NCBI GenBank assembly: GCA_023271875.1
Contig: JALPWY010000003.1
Location: 3,888-67,887 of the forward strand
Source: Nitrospinaceae bacterium
Lineage (GTDB): Bacteria; Nitrospinota; Nitrospinia; Nitrospinales; VA-1
DNA length: 64,000 bases
Direction: 5' to 3'
Shown here: positions 9,555 to 19,853 of the stretch, piece by piece
Position numbering within the stretch: the stretch's first letter is position 1
Layout: every line of letters begins with the position of its first letter
Made by a program: the position numbers and the translations under genes
Notes under the pieces: generated by a model
Told to the model about the DNA's origin: nothing
The model's input: the letters and a program-made list of their open reading frames with translations, nothing else
Database searches by the model: none

Positions 9555-9847
9555 GGGTTTTAAATCTTCTACTGTTTGCAAAAATAATCTTCCAAATAAT
9601 TTCACAATAAAATCGTTTTCTATACCACTCTTTCACGAAATAGCGCAAGGGATAAAACTAATCCGATTTGCTAATTCCAAAGAACTAAATACCCATTAAT
9701 CAAAAAGCCCAGGCTTTACCAATAACTTGAAAGAGAGGTCGTTTAACCAGAAATAAAACGAAAAACTTTACTATCGTGGATGGCCAATATAATAAAAAGG
9801 TTATATAATGGTTAGTCAAACTAAAAACTCAAATTCCTGTACGCTTG

Positions 9848-10861
9848 ATGAATGATTCTACCCAATATTCAGATGAAAAATATGACGCAATCTTGTTAGC
9901 GGGAGAAGGAGAATCTAGCTACAAAGTGTACCATCAACATAAAGCCTTTCTAGAGATCAATGGTAAATGCATTATTAGTTATGTTGTTGAAGCATTACAA
10001 CAAGTCGAATCCATAAAAGATATATATATTGTAGGATCTCAAAGTAAATTGAAGCAAACTCTCGGCAACTCAGGAGTTGACTTCTGCTATCCAAAAACTA
10101 TTTATCTGATTGAGCAACAAACCAACCTTTACGAAAATATTTTTCAAACATTTTTGAAAACAATTTCATGTGGAAAGGATTCACTAACGGTTGACTTGGA
10201 GGTTTCACAAAATAAAGACAAATCTGTTTTAATCGTCCCCTGCGACTCCCCATTGCTCACGCCTCATGAAGTAGAGTATTTTATCTCGCACAGTGATACC
10301 AACAACTATGATCACATTCTAGGGCTAATCCCAGAGGAATCGTTGAAACAATTTTACCCAACGGGAAGCTTGCCCGGAATCAAAATGGCTTATCTACACC
10401 TTAGAGAAAATAACTATAGAATCAATAATCTACATCTGGTAAAACCCCTGCGCATAGGTAATAGAGAATATGTACAAAAAATGTACCAGTATCGTTACCA
10501 GAGGGACTTTAAAAAAATTGTGCTTTTTGGTCGCAATTTACTTGGGAAAATCAAACTTAAGTACTACCGTTGTTACATTGGACTTCAATTATGTCAGTTT
10601 TTTGCATCAATCGGTTGGAAGTTACCGGTGAAATACTTTAAAAAATGGACTGCAAAAAAAGATATGGAAAACTGCATATCTAGCCTACTTAATACGAGAT
10701 TCAAGGGTCTAGAGGTCCCTTACCCGGGGGCCGCTCTGGATATAGACCGGGACTCTGACTACGAAGCCATTAAAACCAGATACAATGAGTGGCATGACTT
10801 ACTCCTATCAATGAAGAAATTTCCTTCCCGCGCAAACAACAAATCCCATGTGACGGGATAA
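9848..10861 (+). CDS. MobA-like/NTP-transferase family nucleotidyltransferase with an uncharacterised C-terminal half
   Basis: N-terminal DAILLAGEGESS...INGKCIISYVVEAL and VLIVPCDSPLLT resemble GT-A fold NTP transferases. Confidence 0.55.
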   Translation: MNDSTQYSDEKYDAILLAGEGESSYKVYHQHKAFLEINGKCIISYVVEALQQVESIKDIYIVGSQSKLKQTLGNSGVDFCYPKTIYLIEQQTNLYENIFQTFLKTISCGKDSLTVDLEVSQNKDKSVLIVPCDSPLLTPHEVEYFISHSDTNNYDHILGLIPEESLKQFYPTGSLPGIKMAYLHLRENNYRINNLHLVKPLRIGNREYVQKMYQYRYQRDFKKIVLFGRNLLGKIKLKYYRCYIGLQLCQFFASIGWKLPVKYFKKWTAKKDMENCISSLLNTRFKGLEVPYPGAALDIDRDSDYEAIKTRYNEWHDLLLSMKKFPSRANNKSHVTG

Positions 10862-10897
10862 TCCGATTTTCCTTGAACACGTCAAAGAATTTAATTA

Positions 10898-12700
10898 ATG
10901 AATCAAAGTCGAATCCGTAATTTCTCCATCATAGCTCATATAGACCACGGCAAATCAACCCTTGCCGACAAACTAATACTTTCCACAGGGGGACTGCAAA
11001 AAAGGGAAATGAGGGAACAGGTTCTTGACAATATGGACCTAGAGCGTGAACGGGGAATTACTATTAAGGCGCAAACCGTTTGCCTTAAATATAAAGACAA
11101 AAACGGTGAAATCTACACCTTCAATATGATCGATACTCCTGGGCATGTGGATTTTGCCTATGAAGTATCTCGCAGTCTAGCCGCTTGTGAGGGGGTTCTA
11201 CTGATAGTCGATGCAACCCAGGGGATCCAGGCTCAAACCATAGCTAATGTAAACCTCGCGACGCAAAATAATCTTGCCATCATTCCCGTTATTAACAAAA
11301 TAGATCTGCCCAGTGCTGACCCTGATTCAGTTAAAGAGCAGTTGGAAGATGTTTTACAAATCGAATCGGATCAAGCTGTGTTAACTAGCGCTAAAGAAGG
11401 CATTGGCATAGAAGATGTGATGAAAGCAGTAGTAAAGTTTATTCCTGCGCCTACAGGCAACAGTGAAAAACCCCTCCAAGCTCTTTTATTTGACGCTTGG
11501 TATGATTCTTACCGGGGAGTAATTGTATTGATTCGCGTTGTCGAAGGATGTTTGAAAATTGGTATGCGCATCCGCTTCATGTCCTCGGGCACAGAGTTTG
11601 ATGTAGAAGAAATAGGGACCTTTACCCCCTCACAAAAGCAAAGCAAATCACTACAAGCAGGAGAGGTGGGATATGTGATAGCAGCAATCAAGGGAATGGA
11701 TCAAACCAAAATTGGCGACACCATAACAGAATCAAATCGCCCTACAAAGAAACCCCTTTTAGGATACAAAGAAGCCAAGCCCATGGTGTTTAGTGGATTA
11801 TATCCTATATCAGGAGACCAGTACGAACTGTTACGTGACGCATTAACAAAACTAAAACTAAACGACTCCTCATTCACCTACGAACCAGAGTCTTCGCAAG
11901 CATTAGGATTCGGATTCCGTTGTGGCTTTCTTGGACTTTTACATATGGAGATTATCCGTGAACGACTTGAAAGAGAATATAATGTTGATCTACTCACCAC
12001 TGCACCTAACGTAGCATACAAAGTTTATTCTGCTGACCAGTCAACCATCATACTAGATAACCCCGCAAAGCTAAAAGAAATGCGTAGCGTGGATCATATG
12101 AAGGAACCTTATGTGCTGGGAACAATCATTACACCGGAACAATATATTGGGACAATGATGTCTCTTGCACGTGATCGACGTGGAATTCAAATTAAGATGG
12201 AATACTTGAATCCTAATACCGTATTGCTACAATACGAATTACCTTTCAGCGAAATCGTGCTGGATTTTTACGACCAACTGAAATCGACTACTCAGGGATA
12301 CGCATCTTTTGATTACGAGTTTCTAGATTTTCGCACCTCGAAGCTGGTTAAATTAGATATCCTTTTAAATGGTGAGGTGGTTGATGCCCTATCGCTAATT
12401 ATTCATACTGATAAGGCATATTATCAAGGACGAGAACTGGCAAAGAAGCTTAAAGAAAAAATTCCTCAACAAATGTTTGAGGTTGCTATCCAAGCAGCAA
12501 TTGGAAGTAAAGTAATTGCCCGCGAATCGGTTAAAGCACTAAGAAAGAATGTGCTAGCAAAGTGCTATGGCGGAGATATCACTCGCAAACGAAAATTACT
12601 GGAAAAACAAAAGGCCGGCAAAAAGAAAATGAAACTAGTGGGTAGAGTGGAAGTCCCGCAAGAAGCTTTTTTAGCAGTTTTGAGGACCGATGGAAAATAA
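10898..12700 (+). CDS. lepA: Elongation factor 4
   Basis: Motifs: [19 protein letters not shown] and DTPGHVDF. The conserved C-terminal LepA domain ends ...EAFLAVLR. Confidence 0.95.
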   Translation: MNQSRIRNFSIIAHIDHGKSTLADKLILSTGGLQKREMREQVLDNMDLERERGITIKAQTVCLKYKDKNGEIYTFNMIDTPGHVDFAYEVSRSLAACEGVLLIVDATQGIQAQTIANVNLATQNNLAIIPVINKIDLPSADPDSVKEQLEDVLQIESDQAVLTSAKEGIGIEDVMKAVVKFIPAPTGNSEKPLQALLFDAWYDSYRGVIVLIRVVEGCLKIGMRIRFMSSGTEFDVEEIGTFTPSQKQSKSLQAGEVGYVIAAIKGMDQTKIGDTITESNRPTKKPLLGYKEAKPMVFSGLYPISGDQYELLRDALTKLKLNDSSFTYEPESSQALGFGFRCGFLGLLHMEIIRERLEREYNVDLLTTAPNVAYKVYSADQSTIILDNPAKLKEMRSVDHMKEPYVLGTIITPEQYIGTMMSLARDRRGIQIKMEYLNPNTVLLQYELPFSEIVLDFYDQLKSTTQGYASFDYEFLDFRTSKLVKLDILLNGEVVDALSLIIHTDKAYYQGRELAKKLKEKIPQQMFEVAIQAAIGSKVIARESVKALRKNVLAKCYGGDITRKRKLLEKQKAGKKKMKLVGRVEVPQEAFLAVLRTDGK

Positions 12701-13364
12701 TCCCCCCAACCACAACAATTCAAGTGTTAAGAAAAAAAATAAAAGCATTTTCCGGGAGTACGCAGAGGCAATTTTTATTGCCCTTTTGCTAGCATTATTT
12801 ATCCGTACTTTTATTATTCAAGCATTCAAAATTCCTTCAGGGTCTATGCAAAATACTCTCCTGATCGGCGATCACATTCTTGTATCTAAATTCACATACG
12901 GAGTTCATATTCCAAATGTCATTCCATTTCTTAACATAAAGCTTTTTGATGACATCGTGTTATTTCAAAAAACTCCCAAGAGAGAAGATATTATTGTTTT
13001 TAAATATCCAAAAAATGAAAACAGAGACTTTATTAAACGAGTTATCGGAATACCGGGCGACCTACTAGAAGTCCGGCAACAAAAAGTTTTTATCAACGAA
13101 AAACTCATTAATGAAAAATTTGCTCTGCATACTGATATGCCTCAAAAAACTCGTCTTGTTCCAAGGGATGATTTTGGTCCCATCGTTGTCCCCCCCGGAC
13201 ATTTATTCACTATGGGTGACAACAGGGAAAATAGTCAGGACAGCCGATTCTGGGGGTTTCTCAAAATAAATAAAATTAAAGGCAAGGCTCTCGTTATCTA
13301 TTGGTCCTGGAATGCGGAAGACAGTTGGGTCAGATTCGATAGGTTCGGGCAAATACTTCGCTAA
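12690..13364 (+). CDS. lepB: Signal peptidase I
   Basis: Motifs: TM segment, SGSMQNTL (catalytic Ser), KRVIGIPGD (Lys box), [14 protein letters not shown]. It overlaps the lepA stop by 11 nt. Confidence 0.9.
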   Translation: MENNPPNHNNSSVKKKNKSIFREYAEAIFIALLLALFIRTFIIQAFKIPSGSMQNTLLIGDHILVSKFTYGVHIPNVIPFLNIKLFDDIVLFQKTPKREDIIVFKYPKNENRDFIKRVIGIPGDLLEVRQQKVFINEKLINEKFALHTDMPQKTRLVPRDDFGPIVVPPGHLFTMGDNRENSQDSRFWGFLKINKIKGKALVIYWSWNAEDSWVRFDRFGQILR

Positions 13365-13381
13365 CTCCAAGCTAATTTCTT

Positions 13382-14080
13382 ATGCCTTCTTCCATGGCAA
13401 CTTCCCAAGTCACAAGAACAAAACTATTGCTAAAAAAAGCTAGCGGGGTAATTTTTGATTTTGATGGTCTTCTTGCAGATTCAGAACCTTACCACTATCT
13501 AGCCTATAACAAGGTGTTCCAAAGATATGGACATAATCTTGATAAAGATGAGTATTGGATAGAGTGGACATCCAAAGGAAAAGGCATTGCTGGTGAGATT
13601 GATCGGCATAATCTTCAGCTAGACATAGATCCAATTAAGTTACGTCAACAAAAATTTGAAGTGTATTCAAGATATTGCCAAAACGGAGATATTAGGCTAT
13701 TCCCAGAATCTGTTGAAATAATAGAGCTACTTAAAACTAGTTACCCAGTAGCAATTGCATCCGGTTCATGGAAACATGATATCGGTGCTATTCTCAAGAA
13801 TGCTGGAGCAGAACATTTATTCGATAAAATTCTAGGCAAGGAGTCTGCCAAGAAAGAAAAACCCCATCCAGAAATTTTTTTAAACGCTGCCAAGGCACTT
13901 CAATGTCCCGCATCAAAATGCATTGTAATCGAAGATGCGCTCAAAGGACTGTCCGCCTCTAAGGCCGCCGGCATGTCATGTGTTATTATTCGCAATCAAC
14001 TGAATCAAAATATTGATTTCAACGGAGCCGATCTCATTTTTCCCAGCTTGTCTGATTTTTTGACTATTCTAAAGTCCTGA
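13382..14080 (+). CDS. HAD-IA family hydrolase (beta-phosphoglucomutase-like)
   Basis: HAD motifs: DFDGLLADSE (motif I), ASGS (motif II), KPHPEIF, and EDALKG (motif IV region). Confidence 0.75.
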   Translation: MPSSMATSQVTRTKLLLKKASGVIFDFDGLLADSEPYHYLAYNKVFQRYGHNLDKDEYWIEWTSKGKGIAGEIDRHNLQLDIDPIKLRQQKFEVYSRYCQNGDIRLFPESVEIIELLKTSYPVAIASGSWKHDIGAILKNAGAEHLFDKILGKESAKKEKPHPEIFLNAAKALQCPASKCIVIEDALKGLSASKAAGMSCVIIRNQLNQNIDFNGADLIFPSLSDFLTILKS

Positions 14081-14830
14081 CTTAGTTGGCATACGCCCGC
14101 AAAATCATAAGGTCTCACCAGAGAGTACCTTCTTTGTTAAACCTTCTACGTTATGTTGTTGAGAGCTCCGGTTTTAAGTTTTTTAGCAAAAGAACCAATT
14201 TTTCAGGTTCATGGATAAAAATTGTTTAAACTTCTAGCTAAAAACGACCAAAAAGAATCACTCCCTTGAGCCTTAAAGGAAGTGGCTTTTAAATACAAAC
14301 TAATGCTTAAGATTAGTTACTATTTCCATAGCTCTCATGCATAATACCCATTCTTTGTAAATCTGCTTCGCTTAATTTAGACATAGACTCTCCAGCAGAT
14401 CCTCCCGCACCCCACCAGTTGTCGCACACCTAACAAAGCTAACCATTGCTACCAAAGCAAACACACAAATAAAATTTTTCACAGTCCCTCGCCCAAAAAA
14501 GTAATTAACAAAGTTGAACTATTTAAAACCTAAAAGATTTCTACACCCTCTTGCAAGGCCGGCTAAACGAGTTTTCAAGGTGGTAAGGTATTTTTTATCG
14601 GTGGTGTGTTATAACTTATACTATCAAACAATCAATCTCCATACCCCAACTCAGTTCAGTGCCCATACATCTATTTTTTTTGTAGATTTTTCAGAAAAGT
14701 CTTTCATAATCGTCTTGTTGCAAAAATATGACTAACGCCGTTTGTATCAATGGTTATTCAAGTGGTAGAAACTGAAGAGCGGTTTATGGAATCTGACTAG
14801 TTGTAAACAGTTTTTTAAACGAGAGTCTCA

Positions 14831-15196
14831 TTGGCAACTAAAGAAAAACTAAACTGTCTAACTCGCATAAGAGTATTGTCTGGGGATCAAATAGCTTTAG
14901 GCCCAGGCAAAGTTGCCCTTTTGGAGGAAATTGAACGATCTGGTTCTATTTCTAAAGCTGCCCGGAAGTTAGGGCTAAGCTACCGCCGAGCTTGGACTCT
15001 CGTTGACACTATGAACAAAAACTTTGAATCTTATCTAGTGAAGGGCTCTGCCGGAGGAAAAAGGGGGGGCGGGGCTTATCTAACACCGCTTGGAGCAAAA
15101 ATGGCAAAAGCATACCGAGCCATGGAAATAAAAGCGGAAAAAGCGATACAAGTAAACTGGAAAACAATTAAACGCTCACTTAAACAAACTGATTAG
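14831..15196 (+). CDS. ModE N-terminal-like winged-helix (LysR-type HTH) regulator, 121 aa
   Basis: GPGKVALLEEIERSGSISKAARKLGLSYRRAWTLVDTMN matches the ModE/molybdate-regulator HTH domain. It has a TTG start and lacks the Mop domains. Confidence 0.7.
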   Translation: MATKEKLNCLTRIRVLSGDQIALGPGKVALLEEIERSGSISKAARKLGLSYRRAWTLVDTMNKNFESYLVKGSAGGKRGGGAYLTPLGAKMAKAYRAMEIKAEKAIQVNWKTIKRSLKQTD

Positions 15197-15223
15197 TTTA
15201 ACAAAAAACTTTCCATGTGCTTT

Positions 15224-16345
15224 TCAAGCGGATTTTTCTGCAACAATTTCTAGCCCCTTAAACTTTAAAGAAAGAATATCGCCTTGGTTTTGGCTAAACG
15301 CGTCTGTTTCATCGCAATAGTTCCTGCAATCAAAATGGATTATTCGAAATCCCACACCTTGAACATCACTCTTTAGAGTATCAGTATAATCACCTTCTAT
15401 TTCTACTAAAGTTTTCAAATATCCTATTGTTAGTTTATTTTTAAACTCAGTCTGCTCGGACTGCTTAACTATGTAGTGCTCTAGATCTGTATCCAAAATC
15501 TCTAGCACTCCCCCTGGCTCCAAAACACCCATGGACCAGTTCAAAAAATTTACTCTGTCTGATCTTTGCAAGTGATGCAAAAATTTATTAACTATAATAA
15601 AGCCAAATTTCATTCCTTGTGGAGGTTTCGTGGGGAAATTTGCCTTCATAAGAACAACATTTTTTTTCCCTGTAAGCTCCAGAAAATGAGACAAGCCACT
15701 CATAATGAAAGGATCACTATCAGACAGCATCAACTGTGGAAAGTGTTCTGGCCAAGAATAGATTCTGCTGAATCCTGCTAAACCTGTTGCGACATCCAAT
15801 ACCGACTGTTGCAAGTTTAGGAGTCTAGGTTGAGGAGGGTCTTCCCATGGAAAGTTTTTAGTCTGGTACAAATAATAGCTATAGCTTTCGCTAAGCAAAC
15901 TAATAATTTTAGAATCATCCCTTAAAATAGGATTTTTAGCGACCGTAGCTGCTAACTGGTAAAACAGATGAGCCATTTTTTGATTCAATTTTTGCAGAGA
16001 ATCAGCATTCCCAAAAAAATTCTTTTTGAGATTAATATTTATATGATCAAAGCTTAAATGCACGGCAAGGCGCTCATGTTGAGCATAAACCAAATCAGCT
16101 AGATCAATCATTACTTCTGGATAAATCGATCGAAGCAATAAATTAAAAGATTTCTGATTTTCCCTCCCTTCTGCAGAATTGAAAAAACCCAAACGTTCAT
16201 TCAAATAATCAAAAAAAATTTTTACGCGCTCAACCAACTCCGGGGAACTGGAATTCTCAAGGCCCATAAAACATCGGCCATGATCGTTTAGAAGAGAAAG
16301 GCGAGGGGAACTGTCTACAAAAACTGGGGTTATTTTATCCGTCAT
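15224..16345 (-). CDS. Class I SAM-dependent methyltransferase (O-methyltransferase-like)
   Basis: SAM motif I VLDVATGLAGFS sits in the C-terminal half, with a helical N-terminal domain. Confidence 0.65.
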   Translation of the reverse strand: MTDKITPVFVDSSPRLSLLNDHGRCFMGLENSSSPELVERVKIFFDYLNERLGFFNSAEGRENQKSFNLLLRSIYPEVMIDLADLVYAQHERLAVHLSFDHININLKKNFFGNADSLQKLNQKMAHLFYQLAATVAKNPILRDDSKIISLLSESYSYYLYQTKNFPWEDPPQPRLLNLQQSVLDVATGLAGFSRIYSWPEHFPQLMLSDSDPFIMSGLSHFLELTGKKNVVLMKANFPTKPPQGMKFGFIIVNKFLHHLQRSDRVNFLNWSMGVLEPGGVLEILDTDLEHYIVKQSEQTEFKNKLTIGYLKTLVEIEGDYTDTLKSDVQGVGFRIIHFDCRNYCDETDAFSQNQGDILSLKFKGLEIVAEKSA

Positions 16346-16508
16346 ATGATAACAAGACTTACATCTATCAGTTGTTAAAGCACATCGGCAAAAGGTGCGC
16401 CCAAAGCTTTATAACTCTAGTGATTTTCTTAAGGATCGTCTTTAAAATTCTCACCTGCTTAATAATTTTTCCCTAACATCTAGTATATCGAATCAACTCT
16501 AGAAATGA

Positions 16509-16892
16509 CTACGGCCAATCCCAAGCCGCCCGCCCTAACAGATAAAACGTGAGAACCACACATGGTAACAAATAAGGGACGGCAGGATAAGCTTCTCCTC
16601 CTATCAAAAAATATAAAGAAAAAATCATCCTTCCCCCATATATGAATGCTAATACTTGAACTAATAATCTTTTTCCACGAAGAATTAACGGGGTAAGAGT
16701 TAGAACTAAAATAAAAAATACTACGAAACCACCATATACCACCTTGCTCATTGCTAAATCCACCGGTGGCATCTTCCACCAGGCAATTATGATATACAGC
16801 ACATTAAGAACCAAAAAACTAATTCCTGCTAACCGGTATTTTTTTAAACTGGACTCAACCAGTTCTGTCGTCTCAGAAAAGTTTTTAATCAT
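16509..16892 (-). CDS. Small integral membrane protein (about 4 TM helices)
   Basis: The hydrophobic segment pattern supports it. The overlapping ORF 16480..16779 in another frame looks spurious. Confidence 0.55.
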   Translation of the reverse strand: MIKNFSETTELVESSLKKYRLAGISFLVLNVLYIIIAWWKMPPVDLAMSKVVYGGFVVFFILVLTLTPLILRGKRLLVQVLAFIYGGRMIFSLYFLIGGEAYPAVPYLLPCVVLTFYLLGRAAWDWP

Positions 16893-17196
16893 ACTTTAAA
16901 CTCTCCACACTTTTAGCAAATTTTCTCTAGTGAAAAAAGACAATGTTTTTTAGGGGGAAAACTTTACTCTGAAATTGTTTAGATTCGCAAGGCAAGAGCA
17001 TCTGGTTAATTTTTTCGTGACGTTCTGACAAAATTGGTTTGATCCATCTCTTGGACAGAGCAAAACAATACTGATAATAATCGCTGTTTTTTTGTGTTTG
17101 CTAGAACTATTAAGCCAAATCAAAAAAATTTATCATAACTTCCCACCTCACTTTTCCATAAAACGAAAAAGTCTTTTAAAGACTGGGATTTATCAC

Positions 17197-17226
17197 TTGA
17201 CAAAGGAACCAAACCGGTGAAATAAT
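17197..17226 (+). promoter_or_regulatory. Sigma-70-type promoter candidate for the rpmH operon
   Basis: TTGACA (17197-17202), then an 18-nt spacer containing TGa, then AATAAT (17221-17226). It lies about 100 nt upstream of rpmH. Confidence 0.4.
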
Positions 17227-17327
17227 CTCCTTCTACGTTCTCACATCAATCACAAATAAAGAGATGAATCTCTTTATTATCAGTAGGTTGCAGAAATATT
17301 ATAATTTAACAAGGGTCAGGTGCAGCT

Positions 17328-17462
17328 ATGAAAATGACGTTTCAACCTAAAAATGTCAAGAGAAAGCGAACCCACGGGTTCCGTAAAAGAAGTTCATCTC
17401 CGGGTGGGCGAAGAATTCTAGCCCACCGCAGACGCAAAGGACGCAAACGTCTAACTGTTTAA
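17328..17462 (+). CDS. rpmH: 50S ribosomal protein L34
   Basis: Translated by hand because it is below the ORF-track cutoff: [44 protein letters not shown]. It lies immediately upstream of rnpA. Confidence 0.9.
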   Translation: MKMTFQPKNVKRKRTHGFRKRSSSPGGRRILAHRRRKGRKRLTV

Positions 17463-17466
17463 TTGC

Positions 17467-17811
17467 ATGGGGAAATTCTCGTTTAGGAAAAGTGAGCGCC
17501 TTGCTAAAAGACCTCAATTTGAACAGGTAATGAATCAGGGCAGAAAACACTGTACAGGAACTTTTTGCACTATCTTTTTTTTACCTAATCGCCTAGACAG
17601 GAAAAGGTTGGGAATTATTGCTTCTAAAAAAACAGGGAATGCAGTGGCTCGCAACTTTACTAAAAGAAAAATTCGAGAAGTTTTTCGTCATATTAAAGGT
17701 CGCATCGAACCAGCCATGGATATTGTGATCATATCCGGAAGGGATCTAGTTTCACTTCCCGTTTCAGTCATCGAGAAAAAAGTTTTTCAGTCCCTCCCTG
17801 TCAAAAGGTAG
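17467..17811 (+). CDS. rnpA: Ribonuclease P protein component
   Basis: Basic 114-aa protein with FRKSERLAKRPQFEQV and KKTGNAVARNFTKRKIRE. Canonical rpmH-rnpA order. Confidence 0.9.
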   Translation: MGKFSFRKSERLAKRPQFEQVMNQGRKHCTGTFCTIFFLPNRLDRKRLGIIASKKTGNAVARNFTKRKIREVFRHIKGRIEPAMDIVIISGRDLVSLPVSVIEKKVFQSLPVKR

Positions 17812-17863
17812 TCTATAAGAAAAACCGTTCCTTTTGGCCTCCAACACTCAAACTTTTTATATT

Positions 17864-18091
17864 ATGTTTCTTCGAACTATGATTAAGGAGCTCCTAATTA
17901 GGCTCATCCGACTGTACCAGAAATTAGTTTCTCCGTTTCTACCCGCAGGTTGCAGGTTTTATCCCACCTGTTCTGAATATTCGGCGCAGGCGCTTGGGAA
18001 GTATAACGTACCTAAAGCTCTTGGGCTTTCACTAATTAGATTACTTAAATGCCATCCTTATCATTGTGGTGGTTCTGACCCTTTAAAATAG
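17864..18091 (+). CDS. yidD: Membrane protein insertion efficiency factor YidD
   Basis: LIRLYQKLVSPFLPAGCRFYPTCSEYSAQAL is the YidD signature. The ATG at 17864 is preferred; a TTG at 17834 is possible. Confidence 0.85.
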   Translation: MFLRTMIKELLIRLIRLYQKLVSPFLPAGCRFYPTCSEYSAQALGKYNVPKALGLSLIRLLKCHPYHCGGSDPLK

Positions 18092-18107
18092 CACGGAGGT
18101 TGCTCGC

Positions 18108-19757
18108 TTGGAAAATAGATTATTGCTTGCCTTTGTTTTGTCACTGGGTGTCTTTATTGGCTGGGGATATATCATGTCCATGATAGAAGGACCACCCCCT
18201 TCTCAGGTTGAATTGGAAAAAAAACTAGCAGAGGTGCCTCCATCAATCAACACTGGAAAATCACAACGAGTCCCATTAGAAAGAGAACCTAAACCTCTTT
18301 CTAATCTTCCCGCGTCTACTGTACCTACTGAAACTGTTAGCAAACAAGAATTCCCAGGAGAAGAGACGACTATAAAAATTTCAACCGGTCTTGCTACTTA
18401 TATTTTCACTAATAAGGGAGCGGTGATTAAAAATATATTACTCTCTCAACACAATACAGCCAAAGGAGAACCTATCGACCTTGTTGACCATAAAGATGGT
18501 GCAATCCTTCCGTTGGCACTCGAGTCCAGCAATAGTCAGGTCACCAATATCTTACAAAATGCTTACTACCAACCTTCTAAGATGTCTCTGGAGCTCTCCG
18601 AATCTCAACCTACGGGAAAACTAGAGATGAAGCTAGTGCACTCTTCTGGTTTAGAAGTAAGTCGCGAGTTTAATTTTCACTATAATAATTTTATGGTTGA
18701 TGTGAGCACTCAAATTCATGCCCCTACTTTTTCTTCTCAAAACTTAACCTACAACGTTTTATACGGCCCAGGTATGGGGGGGAAGGTGACATCGCAAACA
18801 GATTATATCGTTTTTAGCGGTGCTACAACTTTTGTGAATAATGAAAGATTGGAAAGCCCACCTGAAGATATTGTCAATGAAGTCGTTTACCGTGGTGATG
18901 TAGCATGGACCTCTTTTCAAAATAAATATTTTGGTACGGCGCTTATACCTAAAGAAGGGATTAAATCGGCTGTCATAAAAAAATATGACGAAAATGTTTA
19001 TGTTGGACTAAAAATGGAAAGTGTCCAATCATCCGCCTCTTCTTCACATATTTTATACGCCGGAACCAAAGAGTTACAGGTACTAGAAAAATCAGGCCAT
19101 AAGTTAATGCGACTCATGGACTACGGGTGGTTTGGAAATAAATTCGCATTTCTAGTAAAACCCCTACTTAAAGTACTCCAATATTTCTATAACATATTTA
19201 ACAACTATGGGTGGGCCATCATATTTGTAACTATCATCATTAAAGTTATCTTCGCCCCACTCACACACAAAAGCTTTAAGTCGATGAAAGGGATGCATAA
19301 AGTTCAGCCTTACGTTAAGGTCATCCAAGAACGACATAAAGGTGATCGTCAAAAAATGAATGAAGAAATGATAGAACTTTATAAAAAGCATAAAGTCAAC
19401 CCACTTGGCGGTTGCCTACCAATGCTTCTCCAAATTCCTGTATTCATTGCACTTTACCATGCCCTTTTCTTCTCAATAGAACTTCGCGGAGCTCCCTTTG
19501 TCGGATGGGTCAAAGATCTCTCCGTCGCTGACCCTTATTATGTTTGGCCCGTCTTAATGGGTGCCACCATGTTTCTACAGCAGAAACTTAATCCAGCAAT
19601 CGGCGATCCAACACAGCAAAAAATCATGATGATGTTGCCTATCGTATTTACTTTTCTATTTATGTCATTCCCATCGGGTTTGGTTCTATACTGGACGATC
19701 AACAATTTACTAACCATAGCTCAACAGGCTTATATCTATAAATTCAGCAAAGACTAG
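18108..19757 (+). CDS. yidC: Membrane protein insertase YidC
   Basis: An N-terminal TM segment and large periplasmic domain are followed by the conserved 60-kDa IMP core (GWFG...PLGGCLPMLLQIPVFIALY...GLVLYWTINNLLTIAQQ). TTG start after ACGGAGG. Confidence 0.92.
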   Translation: MENRLLLAFVLSLGVFIGWGYIMSMIEGPPPSQVELEKKLAEVPPSINTGKSQRVPLEREPKPLSNLPASTVPTETVSKQEFPGEETTIKISTGLATYIFTNKGAVIKNILLSQHNTAKGEPIDLVDHKDGAILPLALESSNSQVTNILQNAYYQPSKMSLELSESQPTGKLEMKLVHSSGLEVSREFNFHYNNFMVDVSTQIHAPTFSSQNLTYNVLYGPGMGGKVTSQTDYIVFSGATTFVNNERLESPPEDIVNEVVYRGDVAWTSFQNKYFGTALIPKEGIKSAVIKKYDENVYVGLKMESVQSSASSSHILYAGTKELQVLEKSGHKLMRLMDYGWFGNKFAFLVKPLLKVLQYFYNIFNNYGWAIIFVTIIIKVIFAPLTHKSFKSMKGMHKVQPYVKVIQERHKGDRQKMNEEMIELYKKHKVNPLGGCLPMLLQIPVFIALYHALFFSIELRGAPFVGWVKDLSVADPYYVWPVLMGATMFLQQKLNPAIGDPTQQKIMMMLPIVFTFLFMSFPSGLVLYWTINNLLTIAQQAYIYKFSKD

Positions 19758-19853
19758 CGCCCCTCAATATGTAAACCCTTTCCTTTATCTTGCTATTCTA
19801 ATTTTGTATGGGGATGGTCTTTTTGTATAACCATAGCTTTACCAAGTTTTACT

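Noticed and set aside
9555-9847. Possible glycine riboswitch upstream of gcvT.
   Set aside because: I read the minus strand and saw none of the conserved tandem-aptamer elements (GGAGAG...ACCGAAGGGGCAA-type cores). A covariance-model scan (Rfam glycine riboswitch model) would be the decisive test.
9808-9855. 15-codon upstream ORF (MVSQTKNSNSCTLDE) overlapping the start of the nucleotidyltransferase gene.
   Set aside because: It has only a weak AAAGG RBS, no evidence of conservation, and is too short to evaluate.
14514-14735. 73-aa plus-strand ORF in the 750-bp gap before the ModE-like gene; also a possible Moco riboswitch there.
   Set aside because: The ORF product is implausible and has no RBS. 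I could not recognise the Moco RNA motif by eye; a covariance-model scan is needed before any claim.
16893-17327. Replication origin (oriC) next to rpmH.
   Set aside because: I saw no cluster of TTATCCACA-like DnaA boxes. dnaA is not adjacent; a small membrane-protein gene is there instead. Only isolated partial matches such as TTATCACTT occur.
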